DNA from: Alloascoidea hylecoeti
Taxonomy: Eukaryota
Assembly: GCA_001600815.1 (NCBI GenBank)
Contig: BCKZ01000006.1
Location: 62,001 to 126,000 of the forward strand
DNA length: 64,000 nucleotides
Direction of reading: 5' to 3'
Under the pieces are notes generated by a model that was not told the DNA's origin, did not search any database, and saw only the letters and a list, made by a program, of their open reading frames with translations. Position 1 is the stretch's first letter. Each line of letters starts with the position of its first letter. This document shows positions 24,732 to 36,092 of the stretch, piece by piece. Position numbers and translations under genes: made by a program.

Positions 24732-26512
24732 TAATATTTCATCATTATTATCTGTATATGCCTTACATATAAAGAAAAGCAACATCTACATTCGCTTCAA
24801 TTATATATCAATTACAATTTTATTTTATTATTGAATAATCTTATAAATTTAGTTAATTATATATTGAAACCATTTTCCATTTTAATTTATTCCACAATTC
24901 TAATATATCATTATGTATATTGTAACAAAAAGTATTATGTATTTCCTTTTCTTGGTAATGGTCGTTGTGATGGCAGTAAACGATAAACAATTAATTAATC
25001 AATAGATATCTAAGCCTAATATTAGATTTAAAAGAATATTTTTTAATTTAATAAGTATCATATCTTTTTGATATTAATTTAAGAAATCAATCTAATTTCC
25101 ATTCTAGCAAATAGACATAAAAAAATCAGAGTCAAATAAATACTCCCTAGACTTATTGATTGAATGATACAGTTTTATAAAGATAATAAACTCGATTTAT
25201 CATAGATATAGATATATCTGTTTATTAATTCTCAATTTAAACATATTATCATTCCCCTTTATAAAAAGGGATGCATTAATTATAAGTCATAAGTATAAAT
25301 ATTCATCATAATTTTCTTATCTATTATAAAGAATCAATTAGTCTTGAGATTTCTTTATCAACCTCCCTCGTCAAACCTGATATTTGTAACTAGCTATTTC
25401 GTCATATCAGATGAAAACTACTTCAATACATCTAATCATTAGTGGACACATCAAATTGGTTCATCCACAATGAAAAAACAAATCTGAAGCTTATCAATCC
25501 TTAACGAAGGAGAAATACAAAATAACTGAGATCCTTTGGGAGATCCAGAATGGAATCTGATAATATAAAAATACTATATAATTAATGATACTTACCAGTA
25601 AAAAAACTCTTCTTTGTAAAATACTGAAACGAATGAGATGCCTTTATATAATAACCAACTAGTATAATTATAATTTAGATATTGATGGTCTTGAGTTTGG
25701 TTACCAATCATGTTGGCGATTGCAGGGACCCAGAAAGCTCGGTAAGCTTGAGGTGGCTACGAAGACATAATCTATACTACAAGTAGTACAGGTACATTGT
25801 GGAGACTAGATGACAATGTCTATTTAGTATTCACTTAGTAAAATCTGAATTATATTATGTTTTCAATTTATATTGATTCAAAATACATTTACTATAGATT
25901 AATTGTAAAATACTTTCCGGTATTTAATTAGCGATCCATCTGAAAAATGATTAGCATTCAGTGAGGGAGTTCATTAGTCCTCACCCAGGTAGATAAATAG
26001 TGCTCTCTAAAACAAAATTTAAAACAAAAACAGCGAAATAATAATAAAGAACTTGAGCTGTATCATAACCTGATCAACATCGACATCTACACCATTATAT
26101 ACTATATATACTTATTCAATTCCCAGTACTTCCAGCCCATTACACTACTTTAATATTTATAAGTAATTCACTTATTAATATCGAATATGAGACATAGTTT
26201 AAATGGATTAGATTTCTCAATCCTTTACTTTATTCCTTTGAAGCTTTGATGTCAAATGATTTCCATGGTAGAAAGAATATATTAAAATAGTCCCTGGACT
26301 GGTTCAAAACATCGGCGGTTCACTAATTGGATGGTTTTATCATGTATCATAAACTAATTGAAATCAATACTACATAATTATAAGTATATATATCCTCTTT
26401 GTTTAAAATATTGCTGAAGTGATAACGATATCGATATAAAAAAAACACGTGATGAACTGATTTAAAAACCACAAATGTTAACTTTATAAAACTTAGATAT
26501 CAATAATCAAAT

Positions 26513-27358
26513 ATGGTCTTTGATTTTTCATTAGAACCAGTGTCTAGAACTGATCTACCATCAAAATCAGTAGTCGTTGAAAAAGCCAAATCTTTGATTT
26601 CAAACATTCCAAATTGGACAAAGGGGAAATCATTTCAATATACACTTAAAGAAGGTGATACCACAGAAGTACAAACTTATCATACAAGTTATAATAATGA
26701 ACCATGGTTTGCCCGTGTGTCAAAGCATAAACTTCCTTTCCAATTATTCAAGGATGGCATATTTTTTAATCATACTTCAAATGAACAACATTATATCGAA
26801 TTATTGAAGGAAGTTCATGAAATAACAGCTACGGATTTAGGTATTAAAGGAGATGAAACAATTGATTGGAATGGTATGTCTATAAAACATATCCTTAAAA
26901 TCTTTAAATCTTCAAAAACTGACGATTTATTTAATAATAGCCTTTGCCGTTCGATACAGTTTCCCATTCCCTTTACAAGATCGGCATATGAATATATGGA
27001 TAATGGCCGTTGGACCTGATAATACATCAAATGAAAAGCAAGAATTTCTCATTCTTTCAATTCCTAGAATTCCTACTACAGACAATTCAAAAGAATTCTC
27101 ATATTTAGTAACTTCAAAATATTGTTCCGTAGAGTATCTCGAATATTTACCCGAAACAGAGGAAGTTAAATGGACTATGGCTACGACCGTAAGTATTACA
27201 AGCTTAACTATTCATGGTAAATTTCTACTAAATACTAATGCAAATATTAATAGAGTCATGCTGGTGGTGTATTACCAAGATTCCTTCAGAATCCATCCAT
27301 TCCTTCTCATATCGCAGTAGATGTACCATGTTATATAAACTGGGCTAGAAATAAGTGA
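26513..27358 (+). CDS. Fungal DUF3074-like (START/Bet v1-like fold) protein; exons 26513-26873, 26941-27188, 27254-27358
   Basis: Introns 26874-26940 (GTATGT..AACTGAC..TAG) and 27189-27253 (GTAAGT..TACTAAT..TAG) give one frame with WFARVSKH, HTSNEQHYI, YSFPFPLQDR, YCSVE, WTMATTSHAGGVLPRFLQ..IAVDVP..W. Confidence 0.8.
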
Positions 27359-28302
27359 TACATTAACTATGTATTTTATATTTTTATTATTATGTCGAAA
27401 TAGGTTGATATAATAAATTATACAGTGAAATCTTGTAGCTTATTGAGTTCGTCGTTTGTATCTACTTTTTTTTCACATCGGAGGTTTAAAATAGCGCCGG
27501 GCATTTCTCAAGGTTTGCGTGAAATACTTGGAGTTGGCTATGATGTTCTTTTTACGGTACTTGGTTGACATTTTTTAATTAGCGCTACAGCTCAGTTTTA
27601 CTTAACGTGATAATGATTTTACAATTTCTCGAGTGAAATTACAATTGCAATGTTATCGCATGTAATATCTCGGACGCAAGCTCTTGATTAGTTGATCATA
27701 ATATTGGAATTCCCACCTTGTTTACTGATATGGTCCTGATTTACTATATAGATTATGTAGTTATAATTTATAGACTTGACATTAAGTATAGAATGTTGGG
27801 AGTAACCTTACAATGAATATAGTTAATAAAGATCTATGTGTGGTATTTTCCAAAATAAAATAACCACAGACTAGGCGGACGAACTTTGTGAATGGAATAA
27901 CGCCATAAAAATAGTGATATCAGAAATAAACTTTGGCAGTTGCGAATATTATCCACCCACTAACAGAATACGATGATCCGTAATTACGATCCAGAAGAAA
28001 ATGCAAGTGTCTTAAGATGAATTCAGTATCAGTATCAGTATCAATATTAATAGTGATTTATTTTGGTAGTTTTTAAAATATTAAGATTTACAGTGAACAT
28101 TTGAGAATGTACTACATGTAAGATATTATATGGATACGATTAAATGTCATCCTATTATAATTATAGGCAAAAAGTAAATGTATATTATTATACTAGAAGA
28201 ATAAACTATACGGCAAAGAAAATAAAATTTATGGTAATTTTTTTAAAAAAATAATTGGTCATGGGTTCTCATCAGGGCATTACACTATAGCAGACATTTA
28301 GT

Positions 28303-29268
28303 TTAAATTAAAACTGCAGATAAAAGATTTTGAACCACTTCTGCCTGTTGAATGGGAGCAGAGTAATCAATTGAAAAAGGTGAAACTGAGGTTTTACATC
28401 CTTGGACAACATTGCTCTCACCTGGCAAAGAAAGAATACCATTAAGTCCCTGTCCAAGTGCACCACCTGTAGCTTCTTCGGAGTACAAAAGACCAGAACT
28501 TGTGTTGTATTGTAATTTATAATAAACTTCTTCATTCCCTGTCAATCTTGAGAGTTCAAAATCAGGATTATCACATCCAGTTTCTGAATCCTTTCCAACC
28601 AATGGGAAATTAACATTAAGACCAACTCCTAATGGAAGAGCACGGTTTTCACCACTTGATTCAAATATTGTGTTAACAAGTGTAACAACCTTCTTAGCAT
28701 AGATATTTGAAGAATCGGTTGGATCTTCGTTCAAACCTTCCTTATAGTTGGAGTTGGTGCCATTAGCGCCTGAAAATGCAATTCCAGGATATCCTCTACC
28801 TACTGCATTATATGTAGCTCCAATGGTACCTGAAAGAGTATATAGCAAAGGACCAAGGTTTTGACCTTCATTTGGGCCTGATACAACAATATCAATTGTA
28901 ATATTATTGAAATGATATGGAATAACATAATCAAATGCAAGGGCAACGCATGCAGCGGGAGTTCCAGCAAGATACCAAATATTTTTATCATCTTCAGAAT
29001 AACCCCATGCTGGATCACCAGCATGCAAAAAACCAAACTCATCATCAGCTTCAAGGGTTGCAGTTTCAGGAAATCTGAAAGTTCCTCCATAACCGGATCT
29101 TTGATTTGCAGGAGCAACTACAATAACATTATGACCAGCTGCTTTTAATTCCCTGTATGTAGCTCTGAGGTTTGTTGCTGCATAGCCATCATCATTTGTG
29201 AGAAGAATATTTTTGGCAAAGGATAATGATATCAAAGCTGAGAAAGCTGGAATGGTTGAAAACTTCAT
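28303..29268 (-). CDS. Secreted SurE-family acid phosphatase / 5'(3')-nucleotidase
   Basis: Signal peptide MKFSTIPAFSALISLSFA then ILLTNDDG, VVAPANQRSGYG, GTPAACV, VVSGPNEGQNLG..SGTIGA, LNVNFP; ATG at 29268. Confidence 0.92.
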   Translation of the reverse strand: MKFSTIPAFSALISLSFAKNILLTNDDGYAATNLRATYRELKAAGHNVIVVAPANQRSGYGGTFRFPETATLEADDEFGFLHAGDPAWGYSEDDKNIWYLAGTPAACVALAFDYVIPYHFNNITIDIVVSGPNEGQNLGPLLYTLSGTIGATYNAVGRGYPGIAFSGANGTNSNYKEGLNEDPTDSSNIYAKKVVTLVNTIFESSGENRALPLGVGLNVNFPLVGKDSETGCDNPDFELSRLTGNEEVYYKLQYNTSSGLLYSEEATGGALGQGLNGILSLPGESNVVQGCKTSVSPFSIDYSAPIQQAEVVQNLLSAVLI

Positions 29269-29575
29269 TACTAAAGGGTGATTGATACTTAAGTAGTGTA
29301 GTGAAAGATGATGATAATAAAATGTAGAAGTTTCAGTCCTTTTATATCCATCAATATTACCTTTGCCGTATCTCAATCATGTGCCCTCACCTCGGGTAAA
29401 CAGGGTTGCGTTAAAACGTGTTCCATTTACCCAAACATATCAAGCTTTTAAACAGTCGCATTTAATGTCCGTACCAACATTTAAGGATTATAAGTGAATT
29501 TCATAGTCGATATGCTTTTTAAAAGATTGCCTGCATATGCATGTGGCGGTGGCTGCTGATCATTGGTTAGAATCT

Positions 29576-29583
29576 CCACGTGC
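29576..29583 (-). promoter_or_regulatory. Pho4-type bHLH site GCACGTGG upstream of the phosphatase
   Basis: Minus strand GGAGCACGTGGAG about 310 bp upstream of ATG; weaker CACGTT sites at 29415-29420 and 29904-29909; TATAAAA near 29340-29346. Confidence 0.55.
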
Positions 29584-29896
29584 TCCAAATCTTCTTTCGT
29601 TTATGATATGTTTAGTTCTCTTTCTTCCCATGGATTTGCGATCTTAAAACTATTTAGTAGAAAGTAATGCACCTATGTGAGTGGTAAACTCCACCTATAA
29701 TATTATATTCCATTCCAAGAAACATCAACCGCTGGTATAGTTATATAATATGCGCTCACATAAAGCATTACTCCAACTAATTATAAAAATATATGTACAA
29801 GTACTTAAAATTGGAGCTCTATTAGAGACACACCTACGATCGATGGTCCTATACGCGTAGGCAAAGAAAACGCAATTGTATTAATATTATCATATG

Positions 29897-30590
29897 ATCA
29901 TACAACGTGGGTCCGCCACAACGTTGAAACCCCTACAATGTGTAAGTAACAATTCTCGAGGAAATATTACCAAGCCAAATATAAATCATGCATCATGTAC
30001 AATGCTAGTGTCAATAAACCCTTCTTTTGCGACCACTCTGAGTGCTTGTTTCTTAGGTCAGTTTTGAGCTTGTGTCAAGAGTTTTCAAAGGGATTTAGGT
30101 CTGAAGAGTTGTAATACTTCTTTCAGATACCTTCTTCAAAACGAAACATTTATGAGCCTTTTTTACCTCCAAATAGTATGATCCTTCGAAAATTCAAGCC
30201 TCCGGCTTCTATAGTTTGTGTTTAACATTGACTTCCGGGCCTGTTTTTCCAAGTAAAGTTCATTTTATTTAAAGTTCCCCTGAATGGCCTTGGAGGACAC
30301 CGGAAATCTCGCTGAGGCAGTCAAATCTTCATTGTTTTTCATCTGACTCTTTTGTTGTAATTATCTTATTATAGCCATCTATTAAAGATAACTTTGGTTT
30401 TTTGTCAGTTGGTTTGGTATACTCTACTGCGCCCGTGGTTTTGTAATGAAGCTAAACGCATCTTATTTGCAAATTTACAAGCTGAATTATAATCTAAAAG
30501 ATTTGAACCTACAATAAAGGGATCATGAAAAGTTGTTTCAGCTACAAAAATATATAGCAGAAACGTCAACTACATTCGTTGGTATTTCAT
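29897..30590 (-). mobile_element. Decayed, internally deleted Tc1/mariner transposase relic
   Basis: Minus-strand fragments in order: HYKTTGAVEYTKPTDKKPKL, VSSKAIQGNFK*NELYLEKQARKSMLNTNYRSRRLEFSKDHTIW, NSSDLNPFENS*HKLK (30110-30063), GGPTLY (29917-29900); several stops and frameshifts; boundaries approximate. Confidence 0.75.
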
Positions 30591-31115
30591 TTGTAATTTA
30601 ACCACGATGCCAGCCACTACTCTCCCGATGTAATTGTTAAACACCTGCAAACCTGGGGTCAATAATTTGTAACTGAATTGAGCAATGGACTTTTAACGTG
30701 ATTATGAGCTATAGACCAGAATAACTTTTTCATTTCTTCATATATTAGCAAGTGAGAGAAATTGAAGAGGTGTTAAGGCACTTGAAATATATCCATAAAA
30801 TATGATTCATGCGTTATCCATCGTGATTCTGATCAGAAAAAATCACAAACCACAATTGAAATTCCAAGAAAAAAAGGAATTCGAACTAGACTATCATACA
30901 TTATAATCAGGGTATTAAAAGTTCAATTATACCTTCATATTATACACGGAACTAAATATAAGTTATAGAGGCCTAAATATATTTGCATAATATTCATCAC
31001 TGCCATAATCTATGTCTCTTACTACTCTTAGGACTTCATTTATCATCTATTCCAGAAGGAACTTATAAAACACAAATTTATGACTTCACAATATTAATAT
31101 AATATAAACAATATA

Positions 31116-31807
31116 TTAATTGAAAGCAGGTAAAGAAGTGATATAACTCTCCAAACCACCTATGAAATTTTCACTTGTAATAGTTTCACCGGGAAGAAAA
31201 TCAACAGGACTTAATGAACTAGATTAATTAAATAAATATGTTAATAGTTAATCAATATTATATTTTATTTATTTTGCTTTACGTCTTAAAATACTTACTT
31301 TCGAGATAAACATTCAACATATAAATTTGTATAAATTTGCCTTAAAACATATTGTAAATCATCCACAGCTAAATCCGTAACCATGACAAATCTTATATTC
31401 GTTGGAGTTTCGAAAAAATGAAGCCTGTATTTTGAAGTTGCAAAATTGATTAAATTATTATTTGAAAATGATGGAGTACTATTGATATTATTTGGATCTA
31501 ATTTTTTGGCAATGTTTCTTAATGAAAATACAACTCCAAAAATTAATTTCCCAATATCTTCTAATGATGTTTTATCGGGCGATGGTTCTGATTTTTTCGA
31601 GATCGAACTACTAATACTTTGTGGTGTTCCTAAGATAGTAGCACTACTATCATTATTGTATGGCTTTTGTTGTCCCTTATTCCACTCCCGTTGAAGAATA
31701 CATCGACCTATTATATATATCCTTAATTAGTCATCAAGTATATTAAATAGATAATATCATAATCACATACAATGCCTATCGTATACCCAGAAAGAATATA
31801 TTGTCAT
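31116..31807 (-). CDS. BET5: TRAPP complex subunit Bet5 (TRAPPC1); exons 31807-31771, 31707-31299, 31218-31116
   Basis: MTIYSFWVYDRHC/RCILQREW, KLIFGVVFSLRNIAKKL, TSKYRLHFFETPTNIRFVMVTD, IYTNLYVECLSRNSLSP; introns 31770-31708 and 31298-31219 with GT..AG and branch sites. Confidence 0.92.
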
Positions 31808-32081
31808 TCTGGAAGCAGCTAACTAGTGAAAACGTAGCTTTCATAGATAAATGACAGATACACATCCATACATCTACTAAATCGATTTCTCAAAAAAACA
31901 TTTATATTTAAGTAACTTATTTATCTTCTTTCTACTTAATACTTATCAACTACATGTATTGGGAAATGATATAAAAACAATTTGTGATATTAATAACACT
32001 ACTCAACAATAACAGTTAACTCTTTTTTTCTTTTTAAAAAGTTTTATAAATTAACGAAAATCCTGCTAAATTAAAAGTGAT

Positions 32082-33570
32082 TCAAAATAATAAATCAAAA
32101 TCGTCCTTCTTTCCAATCGAAGAATTATTTGTAGAGTTAGTAGTAGTTGGTGTTGGGGGACCCCATAAACTTTCTGTTTGTTTTTGCTTCGATAATGATG
32201 CTAAACTATCAGTACGAGAAGTGTTTCTTGGTTTATGGACTGTTTTTGATGTAGAGACAGCATTTGAAAAAAGAGATGAGAATGCATCATCTTTTTTAGT
32301 TGTAGAGACAGCCGGTGTACTTGACACTGAAGATATCGAGTAAGAAGGAGCACGAGGATGAGGTGCTTGAACAGGGGTAGAATAAGCCGATTGTGTTTGT
32401 TGGGTTGAAGGAGAAGAGGTAAAAGATGTAAAGCCACCAAAGGCATTAATATTAGATGATGTAGTTGTATTGAATTGTGCTGGGGAAGTGGTCGAAGAGA
32501 ATAAGTCCGCTAAATCATTTTTAGTTACTGGAGCAGCAGGGGAAGTAACAGCCGGACCGACTGCTGTCTGGAAATCATCAAATTCATCGTCGTCTTGGAT
32601 TGATGTTTTGGAGTTGTTATTATTGGTTGAGTCGTCAAAGCTAAACAAATCAACATCTGGTTTCTTGGTTACTGAAGTTGGAGCGGATTTTTTGGGTTCA
32701 CTTTCAACATTGTACTCTTCATATTCTTGACGAGACCTGGATGAACTTCCTACGGAGTAAGAAGGAACATTTGTTTGCTGCCCAAAAACACCACCGTCGC
32801 CGTAAACTCCGGCATTTGAAGGAGGGTCATAAGCATCACTATCATAATCATAGTTAGAACCGATTGCAAACCTTGGAATAGTTTGACTATTTGAACTAGA
32901 ATGAAAAGAACTACGACCGGAAATACCAATTGATCCATCAGAAGCCATTCCCCCATATTTTTTAGCATTGTCTCTGGCCTTTTTTCTTTCACTCCTTAAT
33001 CTATCATCGTCTTCTAATAGTGATAACACTTCCTTGGCTCGATTTCTAACATTTATACCTTGGTCTTTACCATTTTGATCAACGAAGCGGAATGAGCGTA
33101 ACATACTAACTAAATTGGAGTTGATTTTTGCATCATCAACCACCCTTTCAGCACCGTGTTTAAGTAAGTATTCTAGTAATTGTAAAGCTTTATAAACCTG
33201 TCTCCATTCTGGGGCAGTCTTTTCTTGAAATCGTCGAAATATCATGCCAAGGATTTCATTTCTTGTTTGATAAGAATATGTCCCATTTGCAATTTCTTGC
33301 ATTAAGGAGCTACTTGTACCCCATGGTTCATTATTAGTAGCCTCTCGAACTTTACCCTCCATTTCAGTGTAGTTCATTACAACTATAAACCATCGTTAGT
33401 TAGTTGGTTGTATTAAAGACGGATGAGGTGATATATACAATTCCGGTCCTTCCAGGATCATGGCAAATAGAAAAAAAATACGATAAAAACATACCATTCT
33501 GGGCTTTTCTGACATAAGCCTTGACCTCATACAGAGAGACGTTGGTTAACTTATCTTTTAATAAATCCAT
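32082..33570 (-). CDS. ENT3: Epsin-like ENTH-domain protein; exons 33570-33495, 33382-32082
   Basis: SLYEVKAYVRKAQNV/VMNYTEMEGKVREATNNEPWG, EWRQVYKALQLLEYL, GKDQGINVRNRA, DDEFDDFQ; 112-nt intron 33494-33383. Confidence 0.93.
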
Positions 33571-33699
33571 TTTCGGTTTAATTTATAAATATAATAAATA
33601 ATTGGATGAAAAATAAAAAGAAGAATATTGTGGAGGTTTACGTATGTGAGTCCACGTGAACTCCAATTACCAAAAAGAGAAACATTATATTTTACTTAT

Positions 33700-35013
33700 T
33701 TATTTACATTTTTTTACTGCCTTTTCCTTTTCTGTAATATCATCTTTATCCTCTACTTTCCTTTTATTAACATTTGCATTGCCATTGACTTCCACTTTCC
33801 TTTTACTCTTTTCATTATTATCGGATTTAGAACTTAGTAGTGATTTTATTCGTTCTTCACCAGAAACCCCATAGACTTTTCTAAAATACGGTTGACATCT
33901 CCAATAAGGAACCGTTCGATATCTTCCCCCCCATTCTTGTAATTCTCCTAATTTTATAACATCCAATACTTTTATATTTTCCTGAGAATAAATTTTAGAA
34001 ACTTTTTCTTCAATTGCTATTACAATCTCTTCAAAACTTGATAAATTTCTTGATGTGCATCTACCTAATTGGTTTCTAATATCTGTTTCAACAGCGAAAA
34101 ATGAATTACATAATTTAAAAGTATGAGTTTTTGCTGCTCGAATTGATGCCTGGCCTGGTGTAGTTTTCAATATTTCAAAATATTCCCGTAGTAATTTATC
34201 AACTCTAGGAAATTCAGTATCAATATCAATGTCATTATTATCATTAATATTTGTATTATTATTAAAAACGGCAGGATTCATTAAATTCGCTTCAGCTGAC
34301 ATTACAGCATCAGTATTTGTAATTTTTAAACATCTTGGTACATCATCTTGATACAATATATTCCCATTAGCAAAAATCACTGTTTCTTTTGGAAGGTTAT
34401 CACGAACATAACGTATTATATCCCAATCGGCGAGATCTGTAAATTGTCCTTTCATTTCTCTTGTTCTTCCATGAATTGTTAAAAATTGTGCTCCAGCTTT
34501 TAAAACCATTTTTGCATAATCTAATGTTCTTTCTTTATCTTTAAATACTCGTATTTTCGCTGTGACTGGAATTTTAAGATTTAAGTGTAAATTGTTGATT
34601 AATTTATATATTAGGTCCCAATCATCCATTAAAAAAGCACCATAGTTGCCCTTTTTGGCGATACCTTGTGGACAACCAAGATTTAAATCAATCGCATCAC
34701 ATTTATCCTCAATAAATTGAGCAGCTTGTAATAAATAATCAGGATCATTAGCACAAAATTGGACAATTAATGGTCTATCGATTTTCTCATCACCATCTAA
34801 TGTGAAAAAATTATCTTCTCTATAAGTTTTACTTGTAACAAAATTTTTAGCATGAAACATCGGGGTATAACATAAATCTGCACCATATTTTCTTGATAGA
34901 ATCCTCCATGCTAATTCTGATTGTTCAACCATTGGTGCAACAATTTTTTTTGGTGAGCCTATCGATTCATAGAATTTACGACCTTCTAGTTTTAATAGTG
35001 ATATATTTGTCAT
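33700..35013 (-). CDS. DUS1: tRNA dihydrouridine synthase 1
   Basis: VAPMVEQSELAWR, CYTPMFHA, DRPLIVQFCANDP, DLNLGCPQGIAKKGNYGAFL, PVTAKIR, HGRTRE, FANGNI, YWRCQPYFR; first ATG 35013, in-frame TTG at 35091. Confidence 0.94.
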   Translation of the reverse strand: MTNISLLKLEGRKFYESIGSPKKIVAPMVEQSELAWRILSRKYGADLCYTPMFHAKNFVTSKTYREDNFFTLDGDEKIDRPLIVQFCANDPDYLLQAAQFIEDKCDAIDLNLGCPQGIAKKGNYGAFLMDDWDLIYKLINNLHLNLKIPVTAKIRVFKDKERTLDYAKMVLKAGAQFLTIHGRTREMKGQFTDLADWDIIRYVRDNLPKETVIFANGNILYQDDVPRCLKITNTDAVMSAEANLMNPAVFNNNTNINDNNDIDIDTEFPRVDKLLREYFEILKTTPGQASIRAAKTHTFKLCNSFFAVETDIRNQLGRCTSRNLSSFEEIVIAIEEKVSKIYSQENIKVLDVIKLGELQEWGGRYRTVPYWRCQPYFRKVYGVSGEERIKSLLSSKSDNNEKSKRKVEVNGNANVNKRKVEDKDDITEKEKAVKKCK

Positions 35014-35171
35014 GGTTAAACTTCTTTGCAAAAACCTTGAATTTGAAGAAATTCTTTTTATCTTATTTATTGTATTTATTAATGTCGACAACTTTATGAT
35101 GAAAAACGATGAAAATGAAAAATGTATTTTTTATTCAATAACGATATAATTATACTTTACCGTTATAGTGT

Positions 35172-35179
35172 CCGGGTAA
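35172..35179 (+). promoter_or_regulatory. Reb1-type site CCGGGTAA in DUS1 promoter
   Basis: Exact match to the Reb1 consensus about 160 bp upstream of the ATG. Confidence 0.5.
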
Positions 35180-35792
35180 AATAATTGAAAATATTAACAG
35201 ATTTTCGACTTTGAATTCGTCATTTGAACAATAGTTTTAATCATCCAATGGTGTATATTTACGGAATATTGGAAATTAAAATTTGGTAGTTTTTATGGCA
35301 TATTATTGCGTTTTGGGTCTTTAATATATTTCGTCATCTGCATGGCATACATTGAGTGCTAAATTCGGCATATAAGTTCACCACTCTGTGAAGTTAAATA
35401 TGCTTTAAAATGGTGACCTCTCTTTCACTGGCTAGTTTTATTATATCTCGCCAGTTAGTTGACATTAAATTTGGCATTTCCGTTTCGATTAATACTTCAT
35501 TTGTCTAGCAATTATTAATATTTAATCTTTAGGAGCGGAGAACCGGGAATATTATACTACTAGTGTCAGTGTTTTGATTCCTCTCATCCATTACCAAACC
35601 CCAATATTGGAATCAAATGCCACAATTATGACCTTGAAATTGGCCAATCCATCAACTAATCATCATTAGGTAGAGATTTTTTGTTATTAGTGTGATATAA
35701 TATATATAATAAATTAGAAGAAATAATTAATTAAAAATATAAAAGTTAATGTCCATGATATACACCGGTATCTATATAGCTATAATTCTCGA

Positions 35793-36025
35793 TCAATCAC
35801 TATCAGGATTAGCAACAAATAAACGAAGTTTCGCTCCTTCTTGCATACTATTTGAACTTGATATACTACTATCTGATCTTTTCAAATTATCACATGTTTT
35901 ATTACTATTATCATCATCAAGATCATTATTTTTATCCCCATTAGATAAAGAAACAGGAGTTCCATTTAATGCTTCAATTATATCTTCTTCTTTAATTTTT
36001 TCAAGATTTGATGATGAATTAAGAC

Positions 36026-36092
<67 letters not shown>

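Noticed and set aside
25588..25600. ATACTTACC resembling the U1 snRNA 5' end
   Set aside because: No following U1 stem-loop or Sm site; equally a reverse-strand GTAAGT match.
27400..28250. Possible ncRNA or element between convergent genes (CTAGGCGGA at 27871, TACAGTGAA twice)
   Set aside because: No recognisable RNA motif; the TACAGTG copies are direct rather than inverted; isolated short matches are expected by chance.
29269..29376. N-terminal extension of the phosphatase ORF from a TTG
   Set aside because: It overlaps the TATA element, and the ATG at 29268 begins a clean signal peptide.
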